Source: Calcarisporiella thermophila CBS 279.70
Taxonomy: Eukaryota; Fungi; Calcarisporiellomycota
Assembly: GCF_041956535.1 (NCBI RefSeq)
Contig: NW_027192191.1
Span: 593,077 to 657,076 of the forward strand
Direction: 5' to 3'
Length of the DNA: 64,000 nucleotides
The notes under the pieces were generated by a model. The model did no database searches and had not been told where the DNA came from. It saw only the letters and a program-made list of their open reading frames with translations. The translations under genes and the position numbers were made by a program. Of this stretch, positions 1-14,603 are shown one piece after another (positions within the stretch are counted from its first letter, which is position 1; every line of letters starts with the position of its first letter).

Positions 1-595
1 TGTGTACAGCGTAATATGGTTATTCGGGTTCATAAATGTAAATTGGTCCCCGGAATGGTTATCACTTGATAAGGCATTTCATCTCCATATTTGTCGATTG
101 AAAACAAGTACAGGTTGCACGCGGATATCAGCGAGATAGCGTTTCTCGGGTAGAGTTGAGTTTTTTCAAGGGGGACCAATATAAAGTCTTCGTTGCAAAC
201 TCAAATATATAAGTTCAGTGTGTAGAAAGAAAAATAAAAAGAGCAATAATAGCAATTGAGGGGCAGCGATAGGCACTACAATCAATACTAGAACAAGAGG
301 CGTGGTAGAATATAAAATGATTTTGAAAAGATAAAACCCAAACAATTATAAAACAACATTCAGTTTCTATGACAAAAAGGTGAAAAAACTAAATAGGACA
401 CGATAATAAGGAGGAGGGCAGAAATAGAAGATTACCACAACCACAACAAGGTATTAAGACAGATAGATAGACAAATAAGAAAATAAACGAATGAGCAAAA
501 AAGAAAGAAGCAAAAGAATGTTGGTTGAGGGAGTGGGAAGATGAGTAGAGGCAGAACCAAGACGCTCCGGCATTGTTTTTAAGACTAACAATTAC

Positions 596-1813
596 TTATA
601 CCACACTAGAATTGAACACCACTGCAGTACACCACTGCACCAAATCTCGCACATTTGTGGCAACATTTTTTGCCTTGGCTAAGGAGGGTGCTGATAGAGA
701 CCGAGTTGCGTTCGCAGCAACCGATTGGATTGCACCCGCGCCAGATGCAACCCAAGAAAACGATGTTGAATCGGGTGAAGATGGTGAGAGCTCGTCAGAC
801 GGATTAGATATAGGCCACTTATCCCACGGATCTTCCTCCTCAGTATATTCCTCATCCAGCCCATCCCAAGCAGCCCAATCATAATCAATAATATCGTCAT
901 CGATAGTGTGAATCCTAGGTGTGGTTTCAGGTTTAAGTCTAGTCGGAGCGACCTTTATTATAAGCGGTTGGAAATGGCGTTTCGATCGCCGCCGACCTAT
1001 TGGGACAGGTTTACTTTTTGCATGCTCCGATGTAATATTATCATTATCGCTTTTGTCGATCTCTCCCTCCTCCCCTTCATCCTTCTCGTAATCATCTAGA
1101 TCATCCTCCAATGACGATTCGATAGCAATGCACTGTTCAACCGCATCATTAAAGCGCAGACGAGGTTGCCGATGTGCGGCAAGAACATGTTTGGATGAGA
1201 TGTGCATAGTTCGGCGGTGAATGTCAAGATCCGTTTTACGCGACAGAAGTGGGGGTCGTAATGATTTTTTGAGCACAGGCTTAAGTCTGTCACTGGAAGG
1301 ACTAGTTTCATTGGTAGGAGTGGTGCAGGTATGAGTATTATTGCCGCTAGATGTATTAGAGGAGGGTGAAGTAGCAGAAGAGTATGGAGAACTAGATCTA
1401 TTGAAATAAAGGGGCCCATAAAGCCATGTAACGTCGCTATCCTTAAGCCTAATAACAAAAAACGAAATCCAAACAAATTAATTATAATGTTGGTCGAAAT
1501 TGGGTCCAAAAGGTATCGAAAACGGGAAGATTTCGTACCAGTTCAACTGTTCCGGTGATGCAGTCGGAAGATTATACTTTTGCTTAAACCAGCAGCGCCA
1601 AGAGGCATTTTCCAAGCGTATGCCATTGATTATAGAGTTCTTCTGCTTGGTCATTACTCTCCAAGACACTGCAATATCCTCCTCGTCCCCCCACGTGTAG
1701 GAAAGATAGTCAATAAGTTCGTTGTTGGGGGTGGTGCTTCCTGACAATACACAGGAATCATCCTGCAGACTTTGAGACAACGAAAGCTTCTGACCTCCGT
1801 CGTAATATTGCAT
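596..1813 (-). CDS. DUF1752/Reg1-like fungal regulatory protein (2 exons: 1813-1539, 1448-596)
   Basis: Splicing intron 1538-1449 (GT..AG) gives IDYLSYTW..IAVSWR..RLENASWRCW..PEQLNWLKDSDVTWLYGPL, the DUF1752/Reg1 signature. The frame runs into ORF 596..1276, which has an RLRFNDAVEQCIAI PP1-docking-like motif. Confidence 0.85.
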
Positions 1814-2138
1814 GACGGGAAAGAAAGAAGAGAGGAAGCTTTGGAGAAGCAAAAAACAAGGCTGAAAAAAGAAAGATTAAATGGTTTGCAATTGATCAAG
1901 AGAAAGTATATAGATATGGGATTTTTAGAACTTGAATAAGAAGTTTCTCTGAATTCGCAAGATAAATTTGATTGGTTTTCGCGATAGATTTCAGTGATAG
2001 AAAATAGTAATATATAACCAGGATATTCCCCACAAAGGAAAGCCCATGATAAACGAAAAATCCACCTATATACACTTTTGCAGCGAACATGGTTCATATA
2101 AATTTAGGAAATCGAAAATATATATTTTATTGTTTGAA

Positions 2139-2978
<840 letters not shown>

Positions 2979-3839
2979 GATGAATATTCTTGTCTTGGGA
3001 AAAGGGCCAAGTATGTAAGAGAAGGAGCTTTCCTTTGACAGCAGGGTTAGGAGTGATAAAGCCAATTTGGTTGAGGGCAGCTAAATTCAATATATCGGTT
3101 TTCAGGCAGAATTCCAAATTATTGAAACCTGATCCCCTGAAATGGGTTATTTATCAACTATATTACTGCATACTGACCTCGAAGTCTTAAAACAGTGCAC
3201 CCTTGATTACTTCTTTTTTGAATTATATGCTGGAATTGAAACATTTGATAATAACTTTGTTGCATATCACTCTCTATTTTTATTCTTTCCAACCAAACCC
3301 TCACATATTCAAATAGATGTGTTGTTTTTGAATATTCGATGAATTGATAAACATTAGTGAAATTTAGTGGAGACTTGTGATCAGTTTGGGTTCCTTTAAG
3401 GAGTTTCTTTTTAAAACCTTTGCGTAAATCAGTTTATTGATATAAGTAGAACAAGGTTAATTACTCATTGAGATTATCTTAAACTAAAACTACTAACAAA
3501 TGGCAACCCTTTACTATACTTGGATACCCATGTGCTGATAGTTTGTCAAATAGACTGTCAGCATTCTAATTAGTTACAACGTTAAACGGCTGTTCAGTTA
3601 GTCTTTATGGATTTTAGCGGTAATAAGCTTTTGTGATTCGAACTCGTGTAAATTCATATCACGCTCCCTTGTGTTGCATAAAAAATTGGCTAGAATTTAA
3701 AATGCGATGGGAAATTTTTTTCAAACTGGTCAGAGCTTTCTTTTTGATTTAGCTCGTAGTCGTAATCGGAATAACGGCTTTTCATCTTTTTCCCACCTTC
3801 CCCGTTTTTCCAGCTTCTCCCGTACTCTTGATACCCCCC

Positions 3840-6388
3840 ATGAGGCTCTTCAAATTTGTCAGCCTGGCTTTATTTCTTTTGAGCTGGGAAATAGCCGATG
3901 GGTAATGACCTTTATTATTATTTGTTTTGCATATATACTATTACTCTTAATAATACAAATTACATGTTTGCAGTAAAGGCAGTGCTGAAGTCGTTTCCAC
4001 TGCTCGGCACCCGTTCCGCGTGAAAGTGCTCCACCGTCCAGCCGACAACCATTGCTTGATAATGAAATCTGGTTTTACACAGATTCATCGAGGATTAGAG
4101 AAACATAGAGGTATATTGGTGCAAAGACGCAAAGTATTTGCAGAGCATGGTCATATTTATCAAGAGGAAAAGCAAGCAGGCAACAAACATCAAGAAGAGA
4201 TGATAGATATATACGGGTTTGATCAGAAGGAAGTACGCAAGGCATTGGGGCGTTTCTGTTCAAGCATTGAAAATGGCGATGAGAGTTTTGTTTCTTATTC
4301 TCATAAGAAAGGATTGGTTTTTGCCAATAAAAAAACAGAGAAATACAGGGCCAGAATAGTTGAAGAGGATGAAGTGGTCGGTATTTGTTGATGAACTGCT
4401 TCAATAGACCCGCTCTTGCTAACAGACTATTCAAATGAAACTTCGATAGAGAAAAATTCTGGATAGCGGTGACTCGAAGGTGATTAATGTTAACTATTAG
4501 TACTTTATGATTAAAATTATATTAACCGCAATTTTATTAATATAGAACCGCGTTGATGTTGTATTTATGGGCGATGGTTATACAGAAGAGGAACGTGACA
4601 AATTTTTTGCTGATGTAAACCGGCTTGCTGATGAGATGTTCGTCAGTGGCACCTATAACTCTGTCAGTCCACTTTTCAACCTGTGGGCACTTTTCCGCCC
4701 ATCCAAAGAAAGCGGAATTGGGGTCAATAGCAAGCCAAAGGATACCGCATTTGGTCTTTACCGAGATGGTACTGAGTTGCGTGCTGTATATTGCTCCAAG
4801 CTCGAGGAAGCACACAAAGCGTGTGACTCAATTGGAGAAGCCTCCTGTGACTTTCCTTCTCTCATCGGAAACGACCCTTATTATGGTGGACTGGGTGGTG
4901 AGTTTGTGATCACGACTTCCTCCAAGACCTCAGGTATCGTCGTAATGAGACATGAGATGGGGTAAGGTCATATTTCATTTTTGACATGACTCATCGCTTA
5001 ATAATATCTATGTGATATAGACATAGTTTTCTTGATGCTGGCGATGAATGTAACCGTGAAGACATTTTAGCCAATGAAAGCTAATCATTCTAACCAAATT
5101 CCTCTGAACAGACGATAATTCCTACGCCTATTACGGTTGCAACAGTGGAAAATCCCTTGACAGTCTCCCTTGGAAACATTGGATCAATGGCCCTTTGCGT
5201 GAAGAGAAAAGCAACTTGGCTGCGGCCCAATATCCATGGTATGACCTTGCGAAAGGACCCTATAAAATCAAATTTAACACCACTGGTGATTATCCCCGCT
5301 GGATGATCCGAATTTCGGCCTCAGGAATGGAAAGAGATGGAGCTTTCAAGGTATTTTTTTTTTCGTTTACATTTATTTGCAGCTATATGAATGTTTGTGA
5401 TTTTTAGGTACTCCTCGATGGCAAGGAGCTGCCTTGGAAATCGAATGGAGATTACGACAGATACTTCTATAAATACTATAGCAAAGGCAAACACGGGGGA
5501 TTTAAGTCTGGTCAACATTTGCTTGAGCTGCGCCAGGGCCTCCCGAAAAACGGCACTGGTGCCCCCATCCGCCAACTATGTAGTGCTACAGTGCAAGAAT
5601 ATGCTTCGGAGGATGAGTTCGTTTCCGATCCAGAAAATGTAATAATAAGTTTATATCACAATCCTTGGTCGGGCATTTATCACCTATATCTCTTTTTTTC
5701 TTTCTGCCATAGATATCCGCGTATGCAACTATATCCGATAAAAAAGAAAAGTCCTATAGACCGACGAATGAGTAAGCATTGACGATGGAGCTATGGACCA
5801 GTTTGCTAATATACAATTTTACTTTTCAGGGGTTGTTTGATGCGTGAGATTACTAGGAAAAATTTGTGAGCATTATTATCTCGGATTAAACGGTATCCCT
5901 CTAACAACTAATGGCTCTCTCGTTCTTTATTTTACTCTAGGTGTCCTGTCTGTAAAGAGTGTCTCTGGCACCAATTTTTAAAGATCGTGAAACTCGTCGA
6001 CGATGTTACTGTTGCTTGCGAAACTAGAAGCAAGTTGGAGGCTCTCTCGTCCCAGCCTGAAAACAGCCATCCTAAACGTAATCGAATCTACAAAATTGAG
6101 CTAAACCCCATTCCATTTGCTCAGTTCCGCCCAAAAAGTAAACGTATCAAGGGGGAAAAATACACAGTGACTTGGTATAAAGATGGTCAACGTCAGTCAG
6201 AGCTTGACAATAAATTTAAGTTTAAGGTGAAGAATCCTCCGCCACACTACAAGCAGAACTGGGAGGTTGTGCTTGAACTGACCCAACCCGAAGTGCTCAT
6301 CGATCCTCTGAGGTTGCTTACCACACGACAAAACTTTACTATCGATCCGACTGCTGAATGCAAAAAATCCATATTCCGAGGATGGTGA
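3840..6388 (+). CDS. Secreted peptidase M64 (IgA peptidase-like) metalloprotease, multi-exon
   Basis: Signal peptide MRLFKFVSLALFLLSWEIADG. NRVDVVFMGDGYT motif. RHEMGHSF..GDEY zinc motif, split across a 29-nt exon (5021-5049). C-terminal CLMR..CPVC. Confidence 0.85.
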
Positions 6389-7043
6389 GTTGAAGCATAC
6401 ACGATAACAAACGATGTATAGACGGAGCTCTCTGCGCTCCATTTAGTTGTCTTACTAGCGAGAGGGACTGAAAAGCTATATAATCTAATATGTACGATAT
6501 ATCTATAATATTTATTAATACCTATTTAATTCTCGAAATCCTCTAATAAACCTAATATTTGTAATGAAATATTCCCGATAATTCGTAAATAATTTTTAAA
6601 TAGGATTCAAACTAATAAACTGATAAATGGTAGCATTTAAACTTGTGTTTGCGAACTTTACTTGAGGATTTATAAGCTTTCAAAAACTCAAGTGTATGCT
6701 ATATCGTCCGAGTTTATGCCTTGCACTAAATTTAAAATTTCATATTAACATTTAACTAACCACTTCTAAACCAATGAACTAATACAGGCAATAAGTGCTA
6801 TTTTTCATAGCCATGGGTTCATATTATAATGGCCTATTGCCCTATACCGCTGCTATTATTGTTAAAATATGAGACTGGCATTTAAAAGCTTTAAAATTAA
6901 AAGAGTTCCCCCAGAGATATGTTGTATAAATATTGAGAGATATTGAATATGTGTCTTGAATCAAAAATATGCATATTTTCCATTATAATGCCATTATATT
7001 CATTGTTTTTCTTTATTTTTAGTACTACTAATATCGTTGCAAT

Positions 7044-7391
7044 TTAATAATTAAGGGTACACTTATAAGTCTGTGGACAGAAACCACAATCACATACAAT
7101 GTCATTGACAAATTTGCATTGCATACTACTTGTACAGCCTGCAACACGACAATCACTACGAGAAATACACTCATAGTATCCAGAACTAGGGTAAGTAGGA
7201 TGGCAGACTTTATCGGATGAACATCCTTTTACACGGCAGTCATCGTAACATGCATAAAATGAAGGAGCAATCCCACAAGGTGTATAAAGACAGATTTGTC
7301 CATAAGGACAGCCATTGCTTCGACAATCGTTTGTACAGCACCGCACCGATAAAATGCTAATTGCAAAAATCCCAAAATTCAACACTTTCAT
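7044..7391 (-). CDS. Small secreted cysteine-rich protein (115 aa, 18 Cys, three DCRxxGC repeats)
   Basis: Intronless ORF with a hydrophobic N-terminal signal. Repeats DCRSNGC, DCRVKGC and DCRVAGC. Confidence 0.85.
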   Translation of the reverse strand: MKVLNFGIFAISILSVRCCTNDCRSNGCPYGQICLYTPCGIAPSFYACYDDCRVKGCSSDKVCHPTYPSSGYYECISRSDCRVAGCTSSMQCKFVNDIVCDCGFCPQTYKCTLNY

Positions 7392-8099
7392 ATTATTTTT
7401 GTTTGTTTGAAGAGAAGCAAATAGCTTAGTGGTAAAAAGTTCAAACTAAAATAAATACCGGGGATGAGGGTAATCAATCTTTATACCCCATTTTAAAAGC
7501 AAACTGAAAGCGGACATTGAGATTCCCCCCCCTAGTCGATGATCTACCCAGAAAGTACATTGAGAGCTACTTGTTAAGGTTAATTGAAATGCTCATTGCC
7601 AAGTTGAATATGTGCTCCCGACTTTTACCAACCAGTAAACTTCCAAAATTTAATGCTTAAAGACAAGTGACTAACCTTTCCATGGATTTCCACTAAGCTG
7701 ATCATCCGCTCAGTAATTGGCAATAAATAACTCAATACATATATCAAAATTGCAACCTCTTAGTATCTCATTTTCGTCAAACTATTTAACCACTGGACAA
7801 GTACTTGGAGGATTGAGGGCTCGACTTACAAAATTATTGTGAATATGACATGAGAAACCGAAAGATATAATAATACATGTATTTCATGCTTCCCATACAA
7901 CCATCCATTTGATTGTCACTACGAAATACATATCCATAATATTTAGGGTGTTTATTGTAACAAACTTGAATGTGAGGACATAGTTTTATATGGCAACCAG
8001 CGAAGCATATTAAAGCACAAGGTAAATATCCGAAAGGAGTATCAATATAAATCGGTCCACGAGGATATTCAGCGATCTTGAAACTAACATTATCATACC

Positions 8100-8301
8100 A
8101 TATCTATAAGATATTGAATGCAGAGATACCTATGTTTAGTGTTTTAATTTTAATTTTCAGCTATTTGTTGGAGAAAGGCAAAGGGTTTAGTTCTTAAACT
8201 TTCATAATAGTTACCGGGATGAGAGTAGGCAACTTTTTTACCCTAGTTGAAAAAAAAAACGAGTATGGATATTGATATTCCCATCCCTGGTCGTTAATCT
8301 A
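8100..8301 (-). repeat. Degenerate copy of the promoter/5' end of the Cys-rich gene
   Basis: 8163-8301 (ttaccgggatgagagtag...ggatattgatattcccatccctggtcgttaatcta) is colinear with 7400-7547 (ataccggggatgaggggtaa...ggacattgagattcccccccctagtcgatgatcta). Confidence 0.7.
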
Positions 8302-8493
8302 AAATTTTATTTTGAAAGTATTATTGATAATTTGAATTATTAGGCAATGTAAATAAAATTGTTACGCTTGATCACTCGAACCTGTAGACCAATTAAATAT
8401 AATCAACTTTAGAATGCTTTGATAATATTCATAATCTATGTAAGAGATATATTTCAAGTTTGATCATCCGGGTGTCCTTGTTAATGATAGTTT

Positions 8494-8637
8494 TCACAAC
8501 ACAGGTATGTCGGGGAGCAAATCCCCCGGGGTTGTATTTACAAGTCGGTCGTTAAGAGCTTCCACTGGTTCGACAATCACTTTGGAGCACCGCACCGATA
8601 TGTTGATCGCTGAAAAAATCATAAAGCATAATAACAT
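8494..8637 (-). pseudogene. Frameshifted paralog of the Cys-rich secreted protein
   Basis: Reads MLLCFMIFSAINISVRC, then after a 1-nt deletion SDCRTSGSS*RPTCKYNPGGFAP. The intact copy reads ISILSVRCCTNDCRSNGCPYGQICLYTPCGIAP. Shared DNA blocks are ttcgacaatc and agcaccgcaccgata. Confidence 0.8.
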
Positions 8638-9358
8638 TATTTCGTATTCTATTTGTAAAAAATAACCTATGTAAACTATCTTAAATCACGGACGAAAATT
8701 GGTATTAAGTCATAGGTTAAAGTATCACTTTCTCACAATTAAAAAACATACGTGTCTTTGTCTTTTCAATTCTGTGATCATTTTGCATTCTGGTCCCTCT
8801 AAGTTGCTTGTTTATCGGCACCAAGGCCGATAATAGGTCATGAGACCATGAGTGTTGATGGGAGAACATTTATCCTCTAAAATTATCAGATGTAAAGGGA
8901 GATTTCTCGTTGGTTGTGAATCAGATTAGGTCCACACAACCTATCTGAGGCTGAATAGGGATTGGATCGCTCAAGTGAATAGATTGAGTTTGAACAGGGC
9001 AGAAAATCTACAGTGGAAAACAGCCGTCGTTGAACAATATTTTCGAGATCGCTCTTTGGGATATATGGGCAATCACAAAGACAAGCTGCACAATTGGTAG
9101 AGAGTTGATAATGTTATTGAAACGATTTAAAGGCAACATGACCTTCATGATTTATTGGTATCCTCAGATAATAACTTAGAGAATAAAAGGAAATCGAAAA
9201 GGCTTTTTCCAGGCTCTGACGTAATTGTTCAGTTCCGACTTTCTATTTGTCCTGACTATTTATATGCACCTCGAACGGCAAAATAATTATAATTGCCGAC
9301 GAATATATATAGAGTGCTAAGCTGAGTCATACTGGGATTTTTGAAAACGCATCTCGCC

Positions 9359-10687
9359 ATGCCAGAAAACCTCGAAAAGCGCAAGAGTGCTTTTGAATTA
9401 CATTTGCCTGTTAAAACAGCGCGTACTGTATTTTATTAACCCTTAGTGAATTAGTATTGTTTTTACTGATTTTGAAATCTTTCCTTTATCCATTAGACAT
9501 TCATGAAGGAGAATCTGTAAAGCATGAGACCCATGGTAAAATAACTGTTTCCCCAAGATGTGTATATTATAATCTTATTTTTTTTTTCCAAACCGTAGAT
9601 TTCGATCAAGTTGAGCGTTTTAAAGCAAAATTAGAAAGTCGCTTATCGGCTAAGAAAGGAAACGAAACAAATGAGAGAGCAACGGTAGGTTTTTCTTACC
9701 ACCTAGAGTTGCTTCATATTTAATATTAACATCTATACAATGTGTAAATAGAGAAGGAGAGAGCAAAACAGAGCAGCGCAAAGAGCATACAGGTGAGACG
9801 GGATGCAGCAATTCATTTAGCATTGCTCTTATTGATTATACTTTGCTATCTGCCTCATCTTGACCTTGGCAAATCGTAGAGAACGAAAGGAAAAATATAT
9901 CAAAGAGCTAGAGGATAAAATTTCGGATCTCGAGAAACAAATACTCGAAAACAACAATTTGAAAATCGATAACCGCAAGCTACGAAGCCGATTAAATCAG
10001 CTCGAGGCAGAGAACAATGCTCTCAAAGCGAAGGAATTCACTTTTTCAGTTTCACCAGACATAATAAACGAGATTCAAAAGCTTCTTCCAGGTGTTTTCC
10101 CAGGTAAAGAAGCTAGCGGAACACTAGTTACTCCACCTATGAGTTCATCAGGTTCCTCCTCGCCCGAATCGATTGGTAGTACTTCTCCTAGTGACGGCCC
10201 AGCCGAAGGCGAATTTGTTGATTGCAAAAATTGCAGAATGTGGTCCGGTGAATCCTTTTGTGAGAAACTCAAAGAGCAAGTATGTGGGACCAACAAGACT
10301 CCCCAAAATGACGAAACCATCTTTAATCTACTCTCTGGCCCCATGTGGGATCCCCTGTCGGTCGATTTATCTTCCGAGAGTTTCAGTGCATATCGAGATG
10401 CGAATCTGTTCCCTCCACAAGCGGATCTGTACGGTGAAGAAACGCTATCTCTGTTTGATCTTGACGACCTACTTCCTTTGCAAGAGGACAACTCACGCGA
10501 CAAAGACAATTCAAAGGTGCTTACCTGCGATCTTGTGTGGAGCCGAATTAAACAGCACCCGAAATTTGCGGAAATCGATCTTGACCATCTGTGCGACGAG
10601 TTAGCAAAGAAAGCGACATGTACCCCAAATGGCCCAACGGTTCCAGAAGAGACGGTTACTCAAGCCCTAAATAGCCTCTCTTTTTGA
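9359..10687 (+). CDS. YAP1: Yap1/Pap1-like redox-sensing bZIP transcription factor
   Basis: Basic region RRREQNRAAQRAYRERKEKYIKELE, spliced. FCEKL..VCG and C-terminal LTCDLVWSRIKQHPKF..DLDHLCDELAKKATC match the cysteine-rich domains. Confidence 0.85.
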
Positions 10688-11488
10688 TTTAACTTTTAGT
10701 GCGGAATTTGTTAATTTTCTTATTATTGTAAATGTTTCTCTAACCAAAAATGTAGTTAATTCGTAATTGTGCAATAAATCATACCATATCTTTTTGAATT
10801 AACACTTAATCATATTGTAGTCTCTTCACTCAGTTTTTATCGATATCCACTTGACTATTGCCTATTGAGTAAAGGGAAAAACTCGTGCTCTTACCCTCTT
10901 ATGCTCTCAACTGATCCGGGCTTAATTATTCATTTCCACCACATATAAAGATAGTTTAATAAAATTGCAGAGAATCTACAACAGTTATGAAAAGTCAATG
11001 ATAACATGACCCGAGATAATAACTCTAAACTGAAATAACTTCGCAGGAGATAATCATTATCATTGCTTATTAACACTTTATAATTGAAAGTTCTTGAGTG
11101 AGTTATTTATATCCTGATATATTTGTGCTTAGTTGTGCTTTTATTTTGTGCGGTTAATAGCTGTAAAGTTTTGATGAGTGTGGTATATTTGAGAAAATTA
11201 TGAGGGGAATTGAATATTTACGTAGCAACAGCATACATATTACATCTTTTGACAAAAATATTAAGTATAATGTGTATGGTTGTTTTGATAACGTTGCTCC
11301 TGAATTAAGTAATCAGTAGAATTCTATGTAGGATATTTCAAGCACTCCTCTGAGTATACTGTATATTGTAAGATTAAACATCAATTGTTCTTCCAATTCA
11401 TATTATGTCTACAATCGATCGACTGCGCCCCTTATTTTATTTTATTCCATTGGTTTCTAAGAACTCTTTGAATTCTAGTCTACAATCG

Positions 11489-12374
11489 ATGCCACACTAC
11501 GCTGGCCCATCTCCCACCCGTCGCTCTTCTCGAAGAAGTCGTTCTCCTTCGTCCCGCATCCGTAGTCGAAGTCCAACTCGTCGTTATCACGATCGTGATC
11601 GTCCTCGCAGTGATCGCGAGGAATATAGAGAGAGAGAGCGTGGTAGAGATCGTGAAAGAAATTCGCGTCGAAGGTCACGTTCCCGGAGCAGGGACAGAAG
11701 AAGATCCCGATCTCGTGATAGAAAGCGTATATATTCAACATTTAATTCCAATTTTTATCAAGCTAATTGTGTCGCTTTTTAATAGAATATCGATACGAGA
11801 AATCTAGAAGACGTGACAGCTCCCGCTCACGATCTCCAGTTTCGTTACCCAAATCAAGACAACGCTCTAGATCTCGATCTCGTTCACGATCATACTCACA
11901 AGCCCGTGATATATCCTCGGAGTAAATATTCTATTCTCAACCATTTTCTATCTACAATGGCTGAATGCTATATATACACACGATTTAATCTAGAGAAAAT
12001 ATAACTGATCCTGTCGATAAAAATGGCACAAATGGTTTGATATGATTTGTTAATATGTCCATCGAGTAGAGTTTTTCTAAATCTTTATTCTGTTTTTTGC
12101 CGTATCATAACACAGAATTGGATCAACAGGAATTGACACAAGATTCTGATGAAGCCCAAATGATGGCAATGTTTGGCTTTGCTGGATTTAGCACAACTAA
12201 AGTAAACTATTTTCTAGTATTTTATTTTAAGACTTATTTGCTTAAAGGCCATTTTCTTTTCAGGGGAAACATGTCCCAGGAGCAGATTTATCTGGAGTAA
12301 GCATTAAGCAAGATCGGAAATACCGCCAGTATATGAATCGTAAAGGTGGATTTAACAGGCCGCTCAGCCCTTGA
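11489..12374 (+). CDS. SNRNP27: U4/U6.U5 tri-snRNP 27 kDa protein (RS domain + DUF1777)
   Basis: RS-rich N-terminus. C-terminal [37 protein letters not shown]. Confidence 0.93.
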
Positions 12375-13225
12375 GGCGTAGGTGGTGACTAGATTTCCGT
12401 TGTTTTAATATAGCTAATGCAACGTTTTGATGAAGTAAATGGATTAATAAAATCTTGTATATTATTTCTGATGTTGGTGGTAAAAAAATACTTAGGCATG
12501 AACTGGATACTTGTTTGTTTTTACTTAAAACATTTTCCCATGCATATGCAATTGATTCCAAAGGCTCTTAAGGATCAATAGCTAGAACAAAAAAATGCTT
12601 AATCCTTGATTTCTAAAAGCACATATCGATAATGTAACGGGATAGGAATTAAAAAAAATATAGAACACAGCTCAAGCAGTCCTCTAATTACTTTTCTTAA
12701 ATGGAGGATATATTTAAAGAGAAATTTAAAGGGTGATGAAGCTTCAAAAACTGGGCTTTTTAGAAAAGATGATTTGAAGACACTTTCGGCATGAAAAGTA
12801 GAAAAAATATATTATGAGCAATATCTCCCATACCATATGTCTATAAAAGCTTACCAAACAATCCTCTTCCTAAACAATCTCACCAGAATTCAGGCTGAAT
12901 CATCTTGCCCTCTATAGAATATCCAAATAGGAGAACTTTTAAACTGCGTCTTCAATATAATTTGAAGGTTTTTCTTAAGGGTAGATATTAAATTTAGTAA
13001 ATATCTGTTCCATACCTGCTTCAACTATCCGAACATATATATTATAGCCAATTATCGAGCAAGTTTAATTGCGAAACTTAAGGATATTTGCCTGAGAAGT
13101 CTATATTCCATCGAGAATTGTGGCTTAGATGTTTAGGGGTCCAATCAACAACGCCCTTCGCCCATCATTTTTTCTACTTCATTGATATCTTCGAAGAGTC
13201 TACATAATTGCCTCTAAACGCCAGT

Positions 13226-14248
13226 ATGGAAGATCCAAATACCCATCAACAGCAGTTAGCTCAAGCCCATTTCGGTCAGGATTATACTACGTCGCATGTT
13301 CCCGTTCAAACTCACGTTGGAGTGAATAGTGGTGCGATTTCAGCCGCAGATCAGCTCTCTGTTCGTATTCGTTTTCTATATAAGTTTTGTGATCTTCCTA
13401 AATAAACTGGTCTATCTTATAGAATACACACAAAGCAGGCCAAGCATATGATCCGAGTCGCCATTTGGGATATCAGTATCCGAACATGGTAGTGTTATTA
13501 TTTTCTACACAATGTTTTTTTTTTAAATAATTTGCTCATCTGTACAAAATTCGTTCGTACATGATTTACCTTAGCCAATGATTCCTGGGAATCCTCAAGT
13601 TATAAACCCACTTTATCGTGTTCCACCAATGTCAAATGAAGTGGTTGCAGAAGAGGAGCCATTATATGTTAACGCCAAACAGGTATTTATGCTCTTCCTT
13701 TTTTTTTGAATTTCCGCCATTTTTTTATACATTATTCTTATCGCTAGTATCACCGTATCTTGAAACGAAGAGCCGCTAGAGCACGTCTAGAAGAACAAAA
13801 TAAAATGGCTAAAACACGAAAGGTAATTTAGAGATGAATTACTCGTAAAATTAACTTGCTTACTTTTTTTTATATCTATCATTTCCTAATTCATAATCCA
13901 ATTATAAAGCCTTACCTAGTAAGTAGACCACAATATTTTACATGTAAATTTAACTTCATTGAATAATATATTCTCTATTTTCAAGCACGAATCAAGACAT
14001 AAGCACGCAATGAGACGGCCCCGTGGTCCAGGTGGCAGGTTTTTGAGCAAGAGTGAGCTGGCAGGTAAGCTTTAGGCTTCTCACACTTATAATTAGATCT
14101 CTCATGTCTCCTATTTGTACTCAAAGAGCTGCAGAAATCGCAAGATGCGCATAAAAATGGCGACCAGGAAGGATCCCATCAACATCAAACATCACAGGAA
14201 AACATTACGCCACAAGAGAATGGAAAGTTATCAGAAAGCAATGCATGA
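13226..14248 (+). CDS. HAP2: CCAAT-binding factor subunit Hap2/HapB/NF-YA
   Basis: [51 protein letters not shown], assembled over several exons including a 9-nt exon at 13910-13918. Confidence 0.96.
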
Positions 14249-14603
14249 TATTAAGATTTTTTTATCCTTGTATTCTCTCTGGTAGCGTTTCAAGAACTTG
14301 GCATTAGAATTTCTTTCTTCTTCCCTTTGTGATATTGTTTTATATACTTAAAATATTATTTTTAAGTAAAAGGTTCTACTCTGTTTATTTTTTTCACCTT
14401 TTTTTCTTTTTTTTTCCTCCTATTTCGCTGTCATTTTTGCTTTGTTCCTCGTTTTATCTGTGTTGTCAATAATGGAACTCAATTCATATTTTTTTTTATA
14501 CTCTTGGTGTTTGGCAACTATTTTTATATGATTCATAAAGATATTTATTATACAAGTGATATCAGAAAGGAGGGAAAAAACACGCAGCCTTTTCTCGAAA
14601 GAA

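Noticed and set aside
1654-2097. 147-aa minus-strand ORF overlapping the Reg1-like 5' end
   Set aside because: AT-rich UTR-like composition, different frame from the conserved protein, no domain.
11500-11900. Repetitive cgatct/cgttc sequence
   Set aside because: It is the RS-domain coding sequence of snRNP27, not a repeat element or CRISPR array.
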